From contig CBDEFQ010000006.1 of assembly GCA_965237485.1 (NCBI GenBank), positions 273,506 to 337,505 on the forward strand: DNA of 64,000 bases, in the 5' to 3' direction. The stretch's first letter is position 1; each line of letters opens with the position of its first letter. A program made the position numbers and the translations under genes. The notes below the pieces were generated by a model. The model saw only the letters and a program-made list of their open reading frames with translations, was not told the DNA's origin and made no database searches. Of the stretch, positions 11,098-21,689 are shown in pieces. The stretch comes from Candidatus Poriferihabitaceae bacterium (GTDB lineage Bacteria; Pseudomonadota; Gammaproteobacteria; Arenicellales; Poriferihabitantaceae).

Positions 11098-11450
11098 GTT
11101 GTTATTGTTTCCATATTGTAACCCCCAACTACGGATGTGCTTTGTAAGCTAAAACAATCCTTAATAGGAACTACAATCTAGTTTTGTATCAAAAATAGCA
11201 TTTGATATCAATTACTTAAGTATGGAGTTTGCGTGAAGGAAATTACGCATTTCGCGTAAATGCACATTTGGCTTTAACTGGCTGCTGCGCTGTTTGCTTT
11301 GTCGAGCTGTTGCGTGATGTCAGCATTTGCCTTGGCCAGTATTGTTTGGCTTTGGCTGATCGTTAAAGATCTTTTGTGCGAAAACTCCGAAGAGCTTTTT
11401 AAAGGAACGGATGAACCTCATCCATTCATAATAATCTTTCATTTCCTTCC
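11098..11450 (-). promoter_or_regulatory. probable long structured rne 5' leader
   Basis: About 660 nt of non-coding sequence lies upstream of rne and contains local palindromes (for example TGCGT...ACGCA near 11231). The call is inferred from the known autoregulatory rne leader in gammaproteobacteria. Boundaries are not determined. Confidence 0.3.
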
Positions 11451-11762
11451 AGCGGTCACTCCGCCTATAAACAGGGCCTTTTGTTGCCCGCCCCCATTTT
11501 TGTCAGTAAATATTCTTGGCATCGTCTCCTAGGGCTTACTCTAAGTGCGACACTTGCTGATCTAGGGATAACTGAATATAACTGTAAATCTAAGCCAGTT
11601 CAATCTTTGTCTGAAAATGTGGCCATTAATTTGCCGCGTTCAACTAAGCTCACTGAATCCGTCAATTTAGTCTGGACTGTGTACTGACTCATAAAATACG
11701 TTTGCGTTTCGTTAACGATTATAATGGGCCCTAAATAATATAAGAGAATTGAGTGTTTAGTC

Positions 11763-12509
11763 ATGAGTGATCAATTACTGCAGAATCAATTGTGTTTGGT
11801 AACAGGTGCTTCCCGCGGTATTGGTGCCGCGATCGCCGAGAAACTGTCCGGTTTAGGCGCAACAGTTGTAGGTACCGCGACTTCGCAAGGTGGTGCTAAT
11901 AGCATTTCAAAAGCGCTGGGCAAAGACGGTAATGGGTTGGTACTGAATGTTAACGACGAAACTTCAGTTAGTGATCTAACAGCTGCGGTAAATGAGCAAT
12001 ACGGTCGCCCCATTTCTGTGCTGGTGAATAATGCAGGCATTACGCGGGATAATTTACTAATGCGAATGAAAGAAGAAGAATGGGATGAGATAATGGATAC
12101 CAACCTCAAATCGGTTTACCGAATGAGTAAAGCTTGTTTACGCGGCATGACAAAAGCCCGTTTTGGTCGCATTATTAGTATTTCTTCGGTGGTGGGTGCG
12201 TCTGGAAATGCCGGACAAGCTAACTACGCCGCTGCTAAGGCTGGGCTGGTAGGTTTTAGCCGGTCATTAGCACAGGAAATTGCCACGAGGAACATCACTG
12301 TGAACGTCGTTTCGCCGGGATTTATTCGTACTGACATGACGGATGCTTTGCCAGAAGCCCAGAAGGCAGTGCTGATGACAAAAATTCCGATGGCGCGCTT
12401 AGGCGAAGCTTCGGACGTGGCCGGTGCAGTGGCTTATCTAGCCTCACCCTGGGCTGAATATGTCACCGGCACGGTGGTCCATGTGAACGGCGGAATGTAT
12501 ATGGGTTAA
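11763..12509 (+). CDS. fabG: 3-oxoacyl-ACP reductase
   Basis: 248-aa SDR with TGASRGIG, NNAG and YxxxK (YAAAK) motifs. It lies directly upstream of acpP-fabF. Confidence 0.92.
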   Translation: MSDQLLQNQLCLVTGASRGIGAAIAEKLSGLGATVVGTATSQGGANSISKALGKDGNGLVLNVNDETSVSDLTAAVNEQYGRPISVLVNNAGITRDNLLMRMKEEEWDEIMDTNLKSVYRMSKACLRGMTKARFGRIISISSVVGASGNAGQANYAAAKAGLVGFSRSLAQEIATRNITVNVVSPGFIRTDMTDALPEAQKAVLMTKIPMARLGEASDVAGAVAYLASPWAEYVTGTVVHVNGGMYMG

Positions 12510-12688
12510 ATATTTGGCTGCTGATAGTAATCGAAAACTTGCTTTACAAAGCCAAAAATTTGATACAATTCGCACGAACGTATAGGCTGTATCATGCGTA
12601 AGTTGATTAGTTTTTAATTGAATTTATTCCCCTGTTCCTGCTATCGATGGCAGCGAATCAGGATTTTTAACTGGAGGTTAACCCCCTA

Positions 12689-12928
12689 ATGAGTAGTATC
12701 GAAGATAGAGTAAAAAAAATTGTTGTTGAACAACTTGGTGCTAATGAAGACCAAGTGACTGCAGAAGTTTCATTTGTAGATGATTTGGGCGCAGATTCGC
12801 TAGATACTGTCGAGTTGGTAATGGCATTAGAAGAAGAATTCGATATGGAAATTCCTGATGATAAAGCTGAAGCTATCGCAACTGTTAAGGATGCTGTTGA
12901 ATATATCAATGCTCAAATGAGTGCATAG
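12689..12928 (+). CDS. acpP: acyl carrier protein
   Basis: 79 aa with the phosphopantetheine site [12 protein letters not shown]. Confidence 0.95.
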   Translation: MSSIEDRVKKIVVEQLGANEDQVTAEVSFVDDLGADSLDTVELVMALEEEFDMEIPDDKAEAIATVKDAVEYINAQMSA

Positions 12929-12955
12929 CTCCAGCTCGCTGGTAAATTGTTTTAT

Positions 12956-12990
12956 AAAGCCGTTTCTCTTGGTGGGTGACGGCTTTTTTA
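12956..12990 (+). terminator. intrinsic terminator/attenuator after acpP
   Basis: AAAGCCGT...ACGGCTTT hairpin followed by a T-run. Confidence 0.6.
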
Positions 12991-13175
12991 ATTTACGAGA
13001 CTCCACATAACTACTGCGCTTGACCAAGCATATCTATTAGGCGTTGTTGAAATTCGCTCAAAATGCGGGACTATGAAATGGTAAATACACATAAACTGTG
13101 CTTTTGCGCGCATTTTTGCCTAGCCTTTTCTGCGCTCGCTACGTTATGTTGGGGCCTCTTATATACCCATAGATT

Positions 13176-14414
13176 ATGAGTAAACGTCGCATTGTGGTCA
13201 CCGGCCTTGGTTGTATCTCCCCCGTAGGTAATAACTTAGCGGACACTTGGTCTGGTTTGATGGAAGGTCGGTCAGGCTTAGGCAGAATCACTCAATTTGA
13301 TCCAGAAGGCTTTGCGTGTACGGTAGCAGGTGAAGTCAAAGAGTTTGACCCAACACTAAGCATCGAAGCGAAGGAAGTGCGTAAGATGGATCGCTTTATT
13401 CAAATGGGTATGGTGGCTGGAATTGAAGCAATAGAAAACTCAGGCTTAAAGGTGACGGAAGCCAATGCAGAGCAAATAGGGGTTTATATCGGCGCGGGCA
13501 TTGGCGGCATGAATACGATTGAGTCGACCACCACAACTTATAATGAACGAGGCCCACGTCGCGTGTCCCCGTTTTATATCCCCATGGCGATTATCAACAT
13601 GATCTCCGGCAATTTATCAATCAAGTATGGATTAAAAGGCCCAAACTTATCAATGGTTACAGCTTGTTCTACTGGCACGCATGCCATAGGTGAGGCGGGC
13701 CGTTTAATAGAATATGGTGACGCCGATGTCATGGTTGCGGGCGGGGCAGAAGCGACGATTACACCGACATCTATAGCGGGCTTTGGCTCTGCTAAAGCGC
13801 TCAGCAAACGCGGTGATACCCCCACTGAAGCAAGTTGTCCATGGGACAGTAGACGCGATGGTTTTGTCATGGGAGAAGGTGCGGGTGTGTTGGTGCTTGA
13901 AGAGTACGACCACGCTAAGGCGCGCGGCGCGACTATATACGCTGAGCTTGCTGGTTTTGGAATGAGCGGTGACGCTTACCACATGACCAGCCCAGCGCCG
14001 GGCGGCCAAGGCGCAGCGCGGTGTATGCGCAACGCCATGCGCCATGCAGGTTTAAGCACCAGTGATGTGGACTATCTAAACGCACATGGCACTTCAACGC
14101 CGCAAGGCGATATTGCTGAAACCATGGCGGTAAAAGCGGCCTTTGGCGGTGATGCCAATCGCCTAGCGGTGAGCTCCATTAAGTCAATGATTGGCCACTT
14201 ATTAGGCGCGGCTGGTGGGGTTGAGGCGGTTTCTACGGTGATGTCGATATATAAGCAATCCTTACCGCCAACTATTAACTTGCACCACCCCGACCCAGAG
14301 TGTGACTTAGATTACGTACCTAACGTTGGTCGCGATGCCAATGTGCGCGCTGCCTTGTGTAACTCATTTGGCTTTGGTGGCACCAACGGAACTTTGGCGT
14401 TTACGCGCGTCTAA
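13176..14414 (+). CDS. fabF: 3-oxoacyl-ACP synthase II
   Basis: 412-aa KAS II. Active-site context ACSTG, downstream HGTSTP and GHLLGAAG. Confidence 0.93.
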   Translation: MSKRRIVVTGLGCISPVGNNLADTWSGLMEGRSGLGRITQFDPEGFACTVAGEVKEFDPTLSIEAKEVRKMDRFIQMGMVAGIEAIENSGLKVTEANAEQIGVYIGAGIGGMNTIESTTTTYNERGPRRVSPFYIPMAIINMISGNLSIKYGLKGPNLSMVTACSTGTHAIGEAGRLIEYGDADVMVAGGAEATITPTSIAGFGSAKALSKRGDTPTEASCPWDSRRDGFVMGEGAGVLVLEEYDHAKARGATIYAELAGFGMSGDAYHMTSPAPGGQGAARCMRNAMRHAGLSTSDVDYLNAHGTSTPQGDIAETMAVKAAFGGDANRLAVSSIKSMIGHLLGAAGGVEAVSTVMSIYKQSLPPTINLHHPDPECDLDYVPNVGRDANVRAALCNSFGFGGTNGTLAFTRV

Positions 14415-14422
14415 GCATAACA

Positions 14423-15514
14423 ATGAGCGCGCCGTCACAAGACGATCAAGCCGGATCAACGGCTCCCGCCCAGACCAAGACTAGAAAAAATGTGCTGACT
14501 AGGTTTTTTAAAAGACTATTATTTAGTTGCATAATCGTCGCATTGCTTAGCGCAGCTGCATTATATTCTTACTATCAAAACAGCACCACTGCGCCTCGTC
14601 AGTTTAATAATCAAGTCTTTAAAATAAAAACGGGACAAAGTTTTTCGGCTTTTGCTAGAAATTTGGTTGAACTGGGGGTGATTAAAGAACCTTTCTCGTT
14701 TCAAATGTTGGCGCACCAAAAAGACTTGGCTGGTCAGTTACATGCTGGGCAATATCAGCTTGAAGACGGCTTAAACTTGCAGGAGATTTTGAATAAGGTT
14801 ACTTCAGGCAAGGGGCAAATTAGCCATAGCTTGCAATTTGTTCAGGGCAGTACTTTTAGGCAACTATTGGCCTACTTAAAAAGTCAAGGCAAGCTTAAGC
14901 AAACCTTGGGACAGTTATCGGGGAGGGCGCTAATGCGAAAGTTATTTGATAAGGATGTTGACCCTGAAGGGCAGTTTTATCCAGATAAGTATCTTTATCA
15001 AGCTGATGATACCGATGTAAGCATATTGCGACGTGCCCATGATCTAATGCAAAAGAAGCTAGATGCTATATGGAGCGAACGTGCAGCCGACCAGGTGCAC
15101 AAAACCTCTTATGAAGCCCTAATAATGGCTTCGATCATTGAAAAGGAGACAGCACAACCCAGTGAACGGCCGCTGATTTCGGGGGTGTTTTCCAATCGTT
15201 TGAATATCGGTATGCGCTTGCAAACTGACCCGACTGTCATATATGGAATAGGACCTTCCTATGATGGCAATATCACTAGAAAGCATTTGAAAACCGATAC
15301 CCCATATAATACGTACACGCGTTATGGCTTACCTCGAGGGCCAATTTGTTTACCCGGTGAAGCCGCGATCTGGGCCGCGGTGAACCCTGAATCCACTAAG
15401 GCTTTATATTTTGTAGCAAAGGGTGATGGGCAAGGGTCGCATTATTTCTCAAAGACTTTACAAGAGCATAATAAAGCAGTACGAAAATATCAGATTAATC
15501 GAAAAAAGAGCTGA
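14423..15514 (+). CDS. mltG: endolytic murein transglycosylase MltG (YceG)
   Basis: 363 aa with an N-terminal TM segment and YceG motifs (ASIIEKE, NTYTRYGLPRGPI). Confidence 0.88.
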   Translation: MSAPSQDDQAGSTAPAQTKTRKNVLTRFFKRLLFSCIIVALLSAAALYSYYQNSTTAPRQFNNQVFKIKTGQSFSAFARNLVELGVIKEPFSFQMLAHQKDLAGQLHAGQYQLEDGLNLQEILNKVTSGKGQISHSLQFVQGSTFRQLLAYLKSQGKLKQTLGQLSGRALMRKLFDKDVDPEGQFYPDKYLYQADDTDVSILRRAHDLMQKKLDAIWSERAADQVHKTSYEALIMASIIEKETAQPSERPLISGVFSNRLNIGMRLQTDPTVIYGIGPSYDGNITRKHLKTDTPYNTYTRYGLPRGPICLPGEAAIWAAVNPESTKALYFVAKGDGQGSHYFSKTLQEHNKAVRKYQINRKKS

Positions 15515-16146
15515 TGGGAGTGGATGGTAAAGCCTGTTTGATTACCGTCGAGGGTTCAGACGGCGCTGGTAAATCAATGCAAATTGGGTGTGCAGAGCAA
15601 TATTTGCGTAGTAGAGAATTTGACGTTGTTATTACCCGCGAGCCAGGCGGTACGGCGCTGGGCGAAGCTTTGCGTGAAATTTTACTAAATAACGCAGAAT
15701 TGCCCATCAGCACTGATGCTGAATTGATGATGATGTTTGCCGCGCGCGCGCAACACTATAACCAAGTGATCCAACCAGCATTGCGCAAAGGTAGTTGGGT
15801 TATTAGTGATCGATTTGCCGACGCAAGCTTTGCCTATCAAGGAGCACGTGGCTTGCCAAGAGAACGTATAGAGGTGTTAGAAAATTGGACCTTAGGGGGT
15901 TTCCGACCCGATTTAACTTTATTACTAGACCTACCGCTAGAACTCGGCTTATCGCGGGTTGATTCTCGCGGCGATAAAGATCGGTTTGAAATGGAAGGGT
16001 TGACTTATAAGCAACGCGTGCAGCAAATATACACTGAGCGTGCGCAACGCGAGCCCAATAGGATAAAAGTGATAGATGCAAGTGGTTCGGTCGCACAAGT
16101 CAGCGAACAGGTGATTAAGCACTTACAACTATTTATTGACCGATGA
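15514..16146 (+). CDS. tmk: thymidylate kinase
   Basis: 210 aa with P-loop EGSDGAGKS and the DRF motif. Confidence 0.9.
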   Translation: MGVDGKACLITVEGSDGAGKSMQIGCAEQYLRSREFDVVITREPGGTALGEALREILLNNAELPISTDAELMMMFAARAQHYNQVIQPALRKGSWVISDRFADASFAYQGARGLPRERIEVLENWTLGGFRPDLTLLLDLPLELGLSRVDSRGDKDRFEMEGLTYKQRVQQIYTERAQREPNRIKVIDASGSVAQVSEQVIKHLQLFIDR

Positions 16147-17207
16147 GTGCAGAACTGGGTTTATACCCTTGGCAGAAAGCTGACTGGCAGCGATTTGAAC
16201 AGTTTAAACAGCGCATGCCGCATGCGGTGTTGGTGTCGGGAACCCGTGGGGTGGGTAAATTAGCTTTCGCCCTTAACGTAGCGAAGTCAATTTTATGTGA
16301 GCAAAAATCCGCTTGCGGCAGTTGCAACAACTGTACTTTATTTAGTTCAGGCAACCACCCAGATTTACATTTAATCTTTACTGAGCTGCTGACTTTAACG
16401 TTGCCAGAGAAGTTTCAAGCTTACGCTGGGCGATATTTAGAAGATTTCGAGAAAGCCAAAAAGCGTAAACCACGGCGGATCATATCGGTTGATCAAATTC
16501 GTGACTTAATTAACAATGCCAGCTTGTCGCACCACAGTGCTACCCATAAGGTGACAATCATAGCACCGGCCGAGCAAATGAATATCAATGCATCTAACGC
16601 ATTGTTAAAATTACTAGAGGAACCCCCATCCGATACGATGCTAGTTTTAGTAAGCTCTGCTCCTGAACAACTTGCGGCAACCATAAAAAGCCGTTGCGTG
16701 CCTTTTGTTATTAATGTGCCTGAACGCGCTAATGCGTTAAGCTGGCTCGAGCAAAGTCGACAGGATGTAGAGCACAGTGTATTAAATAGCGCGCTAAATC
16801 TAGCAGTCGGTGCGCCATTAGCTGCCTTGTCAGTCATTGCCGAAGGGCACTTAAATAATTTTGATAGCATGTTAGGTCAACTTGAGGCCCTAGTATTTGG
16901 AAAGGAAAATCCCATAGCCGTCAGCGACCAGCTAGCTAAATTACTTGATGGCCGCAGATTGATAAATTGGCTACAGTCCATAGTTAAAGAAATTTTACTA
17001 GTAGCAAAGTTAGATACCCATTCTTCTTCGAACATTTTGTCTAAGCACAAAGGGCTACAACTGGCTTTGAATGCGGTTCCAAGTGGAAAACTGTTTGGGT
17101 TTTACGACGAGTTGAGCGAATACAAGCACCACGATATTGAACAACTCAATCAGCAATTGCTAATAGAGCAGTTGGTACTCAAGTTATCGGTTATCTGTGG
17201 ACGTTAG
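16143..17207 (+). CDS. holB: DNA polymerase III delta' subunit
   Basis: 354 aa with GTRGVGK, a CGSCNNC zinc module and LLKLLEEPP. It sits in tmk-holB-pilZ-tatD synteny. Confidence 0.88.
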   Translation: MSAELGLYPWQKADWQRFEQFKQRMPHAVLVSGTRGVGKLAFALNVAKSILCEQKSACGSCNNCTLFSSGNHPDLHLIFTELLTLTLPEKFQAYAGRYLEDFEKAKKRKPRRIISVDQIRDLINNASLSHHSATHKVTIIAPAEQMNINASNALLKLLEEPPSDTMLVLVSSAPEQLAATIKSRCVPFVINVPERANALSWLEQSRQDVEHSVLNSALNLAVGAPLAALSVIAEGHLNNFDSMLGQLEALVFGKENPIAVSDQLAKLLDGRRLINWLQSIVKEILLVAKLDTHSSSNILSKHKGLQLALNAVPSGKLFGFYDELSEYKHHDIEQLNQQLLIEQLVLKLSVICGR

Positions 17208-17274
17208 CGATCAAATTCGAAGGCAAATTCAATTATAATGGCCAAGCCCACCTAACTTATTAGCCCCATTTACT

Positions 17275-17631
17275 ATGCCAGATTCAACAGTTTTAAATAA
17301 AGCTTCAATGATTCCATTGCGATTTACCAGTCTCGGACAGGTATATAAATCATTTATGCCATTTTTAACCAATGGAGGTTTATTCGTGCCAACTAAAAAA
17401 AGTTATGAATTAGGCGAAGCAGTAACCATGGTGGTTAAGCTACCAGACAATGACGAAAAATTTAAACTACCGGGTACAGTTGCTTGGATAAGTCCCGAAG
17501 CGGCCACTGGAGACAATAAACAAGGCATCGGTGTCGAGTTTGCCGAAGGTAAAGGTGTAGCCATGCGCCACCGCATTGAAGGCTTGTTGGGCGATCGCTT
17601 AGGTAGCGATGACCCGACCTATACAATGTAG
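17275..17631 (+). CDS. PilZ-domain protein
   Basis: 118 aa. It occupies the holB-downstream position held by pilZ in Pseudomonas. The PilZ-like beta-barrel sequence includes GGLFVPT...GIGVEF. Confidence 0.7.
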   Translation: MPDSTVLNKASMIPLRFTSLGQVYKSFMPFLTNGGLFVPTKKSYELGEAVTMVVKLPDNDEKFKLPGTVAWISPEAATGDNKQGIGVEFAEGKGVAMRHRIEGLLGDRLGSDDPTYTM

Positions 17632-17650
17632 GCAACAGATAAGCCATAAG

Positions 17651-18430
17651 ATGGGTCTTGTAGATTCGCACTGCCATTTAAATTTCGACCCAATGGGCGA
17701 TAATTTAGAGACGGTGATTGCTGCCGCTAAAAGTAATGATGTGCAGCATATGTTGTGCGTGGCGGTAACGATAGAGGACTTCCCGCAAGTGGTAAAAATT
17801 GCCCACGACCATGAATTTATCTATGCGTCGGTTGGCGTACATCCTTGTTATAAAGATTCTATCGAGCCGACTGTTGATGACTTGGTAAATTATGCCGATG
17901 ACCCAAAGATAGTGGCAATTGGCGAAACGGGGCTAGATTACTTTCGTAACGAAGGCGATCTGACTTGGCAGCGCGAGCGATTTATACGTCATATAGAAGC
18001 GGCGATTATTGTGCAAAAGTCACTTATTATTCATACCCGTGAAGCTGCCATTGACACTATGGCAATGCTCAAACAACACCATGCTGATCGCTGTGGTGCG
18101 GTGATGCATTGCTTTGCGGAAGATTGGGACACTGCAAAAAAAGCCTTAGACCTCGGTTTTTATATCTCGATGTCGGGTATTGTTACCTTCAATAGCGCAC
18201 AAGACTTAAAGAAAGTAGCTAAAAAAATTCCTATAGACCGCTTATTGGTTGAAACTGATTCACCGTATTTGGCCCCAGTGCCTATGCGCGGAAAGCCTAA
18301 TCAACCTGCCTTTGTTAGACACACTGCTGAGTATGTAGCGCAGCTGCGCGGTGTGTCATTAGAAGAGCTGGCTGAGCAGACCACGCGAAACTTCTTTACG
18401 TTGTTTGCAACAGCAACCCCTGCCGTATAG
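17651..18430 (+). CDS. TatD-family metal-dependent hydrolase (YcfH-like)
   Basis: The ORF is open from 17609. ATG at 17651 gives MGLVDSHCHL, the canonical TatD N-terminus. Also has ETGLDY and ETDSPYL. Confidence 0.88.
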   Translation: MGLVDSHCHLNFDPMGDNLETVIAAAKSNDVQHMLCVAVTIEDFPQVVKIAHDHEFIYASVGVHPCYKDSIEPTVDDLVNYADDPKIVAIGETGLDYFRNEGDLTWQRERFIRHIEAAIIVQKSLIIHTREAAIDTMAMLKQHHADRCGAVMHCFAEDWDTAKKALDLGFYISMSGIVTFNSAQDLKKVAKKIPIDRLLVETDSPYLAPVPMRGKPNQPAFVRHTAEYVAQLRGVSLEELAEQTTRNFFTLFATATPAV

Positions 18431-18445
18431 GGCTACAAATCGTCT

Positions 18446-19285
18446 CTAGCCGTTTAAGATTTTCGCGTGATGGCGCAGGTGGTCTTCGATAAAAGAGGCA
18501 ATAAAATAATAGCTGTGGTCATAACCCTCTTGGTATCTCAAGGTGAGGCCTTGGTTGTTCGTAGTGCAGGCCTGCTCAAACTTATCGGGATGCAGCTGAT
18601 CCGCTAAAAATTCATCGTCTTTTCCCTGATCTATTAAGATAGCCGAAGCACTATGGCATCCTTTTTGCATAAGTATCGTAGCATCATGCAGTTGCCAATC
18701 AGCAGGATTATCGCCTAGATAATGGCCCAAGGCCTTTTGTCCCCAAGCACATTGGCTCGGCGCGCAAATCGGCGAAAATGCAGAGATTGATCGATACAAT
18801 TGCGGGTTTCTTAAGCCCAAAGTTAATGCGCCGTGCCCACCCATGGAATGGCCTGTGATGCCTTGCTTATTTATATCAACATTAAAATTATCACTGATTA
18901 CCGCCTGTAATTCTGCCGTGATATAGCTATACATCTGATAATTATCACTCCAGGGTGATTCCGTGGCGTCTACATAAAAACTCGCACCAGAGCCCAAATC
19001 ATAGCTCTCGTCTTCACCTACAACCCCCGCACCTCTGGGGCTGGTATCAGGGGCAATCACGGTAAGCCCTAATTCAGCGGCGACGCGTTGCGCGCCGGCC
19101 TTAAAAATAAAGTTTTCTTCTGTGCACGTCAGCCCAGACAAATACCATATAACCGGCGTTTTAGCTGCTTGCGCTTGCGGTGGGTGAAACACCGAGAAAC
19201 GCATACTAGTGCCAGTAGAGGTTGATTCATGGGCGTAAATGCCTTGGCTGCCACCAAAGCATTTTTGTTCACTGATGGTTAGCAT
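18446..19285 (-). CDS. fghA: S-formylglutathione hydrolase
   Basis: 279-aa esterase D family protein with GHSMGGHGA. Its start overlaps the adhC stop (TAATG). Confidence 0.9.
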   Translation of the reverse strand: MLTISEQKCFGGSQGIYAHESTSTGTSMRFSVFHPPQAQAAKTPVIWYLSGLTCTEENFIFKAGAQRVAAELGLTVIAPDTSPRGAGVVGEDESYDLGSGASFYVDATESPWSDNYQMYSYITAELQAVISDNFNVDINKQGITGHSMGGHGALTLGLRNPQLYRSISAFSPICAPSQCAWGQKALGHYLGDNPADWQLHDATILMQKGCHSASAILIDQGKDDEFLADQLHPDKFEQACTTNNQGLTLRYQEGYDHSYYFIASFIEDHLRHHAKILNG

Positions 19286-20394
19286 TAAAACTTCACGACT
19301 GAACGAATGGATTCTCCAGAATGCATTAAATCAAATGCATCATTTATTTGCTCTAGCGGCATGGTGTGGGTGATGAGGTCATCTATATTAATTTTACCGT
19401 CCATATACCAATCCACAATCTTAGGGACATCGGTGCGGCCTTTAGCGCCGCCAAACGCGGTGCCTTTCCATACCCGGCCAGTGACCAATTGAAATGGCCG
19501 AGTACTAATTTCTTGCCCTGCACCCGCCACACCAACAATAATTGATTCCCCCCAACCTTTATGGCAGCACTCTAACGCTTGGCGCATAAGAGTTGTGTTG
19601 CCTACGCACTCAAAACTGTAGTCCGCACCGCCCTTGGTTAAGTCAACTAAGTAAGGCACTAGGTCGCCCTCTACTTCGTTGGGGTTTACAAAATGTGTCA
19701 TGCCAAACTTTTCTGCCATTTCACGGCGTCCAGGGTTGATATCAACACCAACAATGCGATCAGCCCCGACCAATCGTGCGCCTTGAATAACGTTTAATCC
19801 TATGCCGCCTAAGCCAAACACCACAACGTTATCTCCTGGCTGTACCTTAGCGGTGTTAATTACCGCTCCGATGCCGGTTGTTACCCCGCAGCCTATATAG
19901 CAAATAGATTCAAAAGGCGCATCTTTGCGCACTTTAGCGAGCGCAATTTCAGGTAATACTGTGTGGTTAGCAAAAGTGGAGGTACCCATATAGTGAAACA
20001 ACTTGTCTTTACCAATAGAGAACCGGCTGGTGCCGTCTGGCATCACGCCCTGGCCTTGAGTTTCGCGAATGGCTTGGCATAAGTTGGTACGTCCGCTGGT
20101 GCAATAATCACACTGGCGACATTCTGGGGTATAAAGCGGAATAACGTGGTCGCCTTTCTTTAGCGTCGTCACCCCTTTACTTACCTCTACCACCACACCA
20201 GCACCTTCGTGGCCTAAAATAGCCGGGAAAAGGCCTTCAGGGTCAGCACCAGAGCGCGTGAACTCGTCGGTATGACAAATGCCTGTGGCTTTAATTTCAA
20301 CCAGCACCTCACCGTCGCGCGGGCCCTCCAATTGAACGGTTTCGATAACTAAAGGTTTGCCAGCCTGATAGGCGACTGCTGCACGTGTTTCCAA
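19285..20394 (-). CDS. adhC: S-(hydroxymethyl)glutathione dehydrogenase / class III alcohol dehydrogenase
   Basis: 369-aa zinc ADH (GICHTDE, GHEGAGVV, GLGGIGL). Confidence 0.92.
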   Translation of the reverse strand: METRAAVAYQAGKPLVIETVQLEGPRDGEVLVEIKATGICHTDEFTRSGADPEGLFPAILGHEGAGVVVEVSKGVTTLKKGDHVIPLYTPECRQCDYCTSGRTNLCQAIRETQGQGVMPDGTSRFSIGKDKLFHYMGTSTFANHTVLPEIALAKVRKDAPFESICYIGCGVTTGIGAVINTAKVQPGDNVVVFGLGGIGLNVIQGARLVGADRIVGVDINPGRREMAEKFGMTHFVNPNEVEGDLVPYLVDLTKGGADYSFECVGNTTLMRQALECCHKGWGESIIVGVAGAGQEISTRPFQLVTGRVWKGTAFGGAKGRTDVPKIVDWYMDGKINIDDLITHTMPLEQINDAFDLMHSGESIRSVVKF

Positions 20395-20524
20395 GTCTCT
20401 GCCTCTTTACTTTATAAGTGAATTAATTGTTAACTCACATTTTAAAGTTAGGCTAGAGGACAGGCAAGTCCTAAAATGCCCCAATTAATGGCTCAGTAAA
20501 TCGGCATCGGTTTATTAGAGAGGT

Positions 20525-20797
20525 TTAGGCCGCCGTAAAACCCATTGGCGCATCGCCCATATCACTTTCTTTAAACAAAAACCCAAGCAGGTGCGCTTCG
20601 ATGGTTATCAGCGAGCTTGGGTCTGAGGTGTTGAGTTGATCTTCGTTAACAATCATTACCAAACGCTCAAGCCACTCCTGCCACGCTTGGGCCGAGATGT
20701 TGTCGTAAATACGCTGACCTAGTTCACCCGGATAAGGTGCTTCGTCGAGGCCTGGAGCTTCTCTTCCTAAAAAAACACATTGAACTGAATGGGTCAT
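20525..20797 (-). CDS. yggX: Fe(2+)-trafficking / oxidative-damage protection protein YggX
   Basis: 90 aa. The N-terminus has the form M..V.C.FL.REA.GLD...YPGELG.RIY..IS..AW..W. Confidence 0.88.
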   Translation of the reverse strand: MTHSVQCVFLGREAPGLDEAPYPGELGQRIYDNISAQAWQEWLERLVMIVNEDQLNTSDPSSLITIEAHLLGFLFKESDMGDAPMGFTAA

Positions 20798-20961
20798 TGC
20801 TTACTCTAATATTTGTAACCGTTCATATAGACCAGTCTTGAATTTGTTTACCGTAAACACAATATAATACCTACTAAGTAAATTTAAACATCCTATAGTG
20901 CAGTTTTTGTGGTTTGGATGTTAAGATGACAACAACAGATTAACTAAGTTGAGAGTACACA

Positions 20962-21327
20962 ATGAATAGCTTTAATGGGGTTTTATCCCAAGAGAAACTA
21001 GCCGTCACCCCCGCTGCCACTGAAAAGGTGGGCACTTTACTAAAAGAGGCGGGCGACCAAGTCGATTCCGTACGCGTTTATGTGTACGGTGCGGGCTGTT
21101 CGGGAATGAAATATGGCATGACTTTTGCTGAAACTACACTACCCACAGATAGCATGATGACTGAAGGCGATATGCGCATTGTGGTTGATCCAGTGGCCTT
21201 GGGCTTCTTGAAAGGCGCTGAGATTGATTACGCAGATGATGGCGTGAATGCCAGTTTTGTATTTAATAATGTTTTCCAAGCCGTGGGCGGCAGTGGCTCT
21301 TGCGGTGGCTGTGGCGGAGCTGCGTAA
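20962..21327 (+). CDS. HesB/IscA-family iron-sulfur cluster insertion protein
   Basis: 121 aa with the GAGCSGMKYG motif and a C-terminal Cys cluster (GSCGGCGG). Confidence 0.75.
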   Translation: MNSFNGVLSQEKLAVTPAATEKVGTLLKEAGDQVDSVRVYVYGAGCSGMKYGMTFAETTLPTDSMMTEGDMRIVVDPVALGFLKGAEIDYADDGVNASFVFNNVFQAVGGSGSCGGCGGAA

Positions 21328-21359
21328 GCCACACAATTTGAACCAAAATTGTAAGCTCA

Positions 21360-21689
21360 ATGAGTCAAAAAGATATTCAACACATTGATGACAATGGCAC
21401 TGGCTTAGTTGTAGAAACCGCTAAGCCAAAGCTTAAAAAACCGCCGATGTTTAAAGTGGTGATGCTTAATGACGACTATACACCCATGGAGTTTGTAATT
21501 TTGGTGTTAGAAAACTTGTTCCGTTTAGATCACGAACTCGCTATGCAAATTATGCTCAACGTACATCAGAAGGGCAAAGGTGTATGCGGGGTATATCCGC
21601 ATGAAGTGGCTGAAACTAAAGTCGCACAAGTGTCGGAACTCGCCCGCTCTAATGAGCACCCATTGCAATGCACGCTTGAGGAGGCCTAG
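21360..21689 (+). CDS. clpS: ATP-dependent Clp protease adaptor ClpS
   Basis: 109 aa with the pattern [19 protein letters not shown]...VH.KG. Confidence 0.93.
   Translation: MSQKDIQHIDDNGTGLVVETAKPKLKKPPMFKVVMLNDDYTPMEFVILVLENLFRLDHELAMQIMLNVHQKGKGVCGVYPHEVAETKVAQVSELARSNEHPLQCTLEEA

Noticed and set aside
11299-11687. ORFs 11299-11532 and 11481-11687 in the rne-fabG spacer
   Set aside because: They have no recognisable motif and odd composition, and they lie in the expected rne leader region. I treated this stretch as non-coding.
11697-11725. A sigma70 promoter for fabG (TATAAT at 11720-11725)
   Set aside because: The -10 hexamer is perfect, but no acceptable -35 lies at 16-18 bp spacing (TACGTT at best). 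This is too weak to call as a feature.
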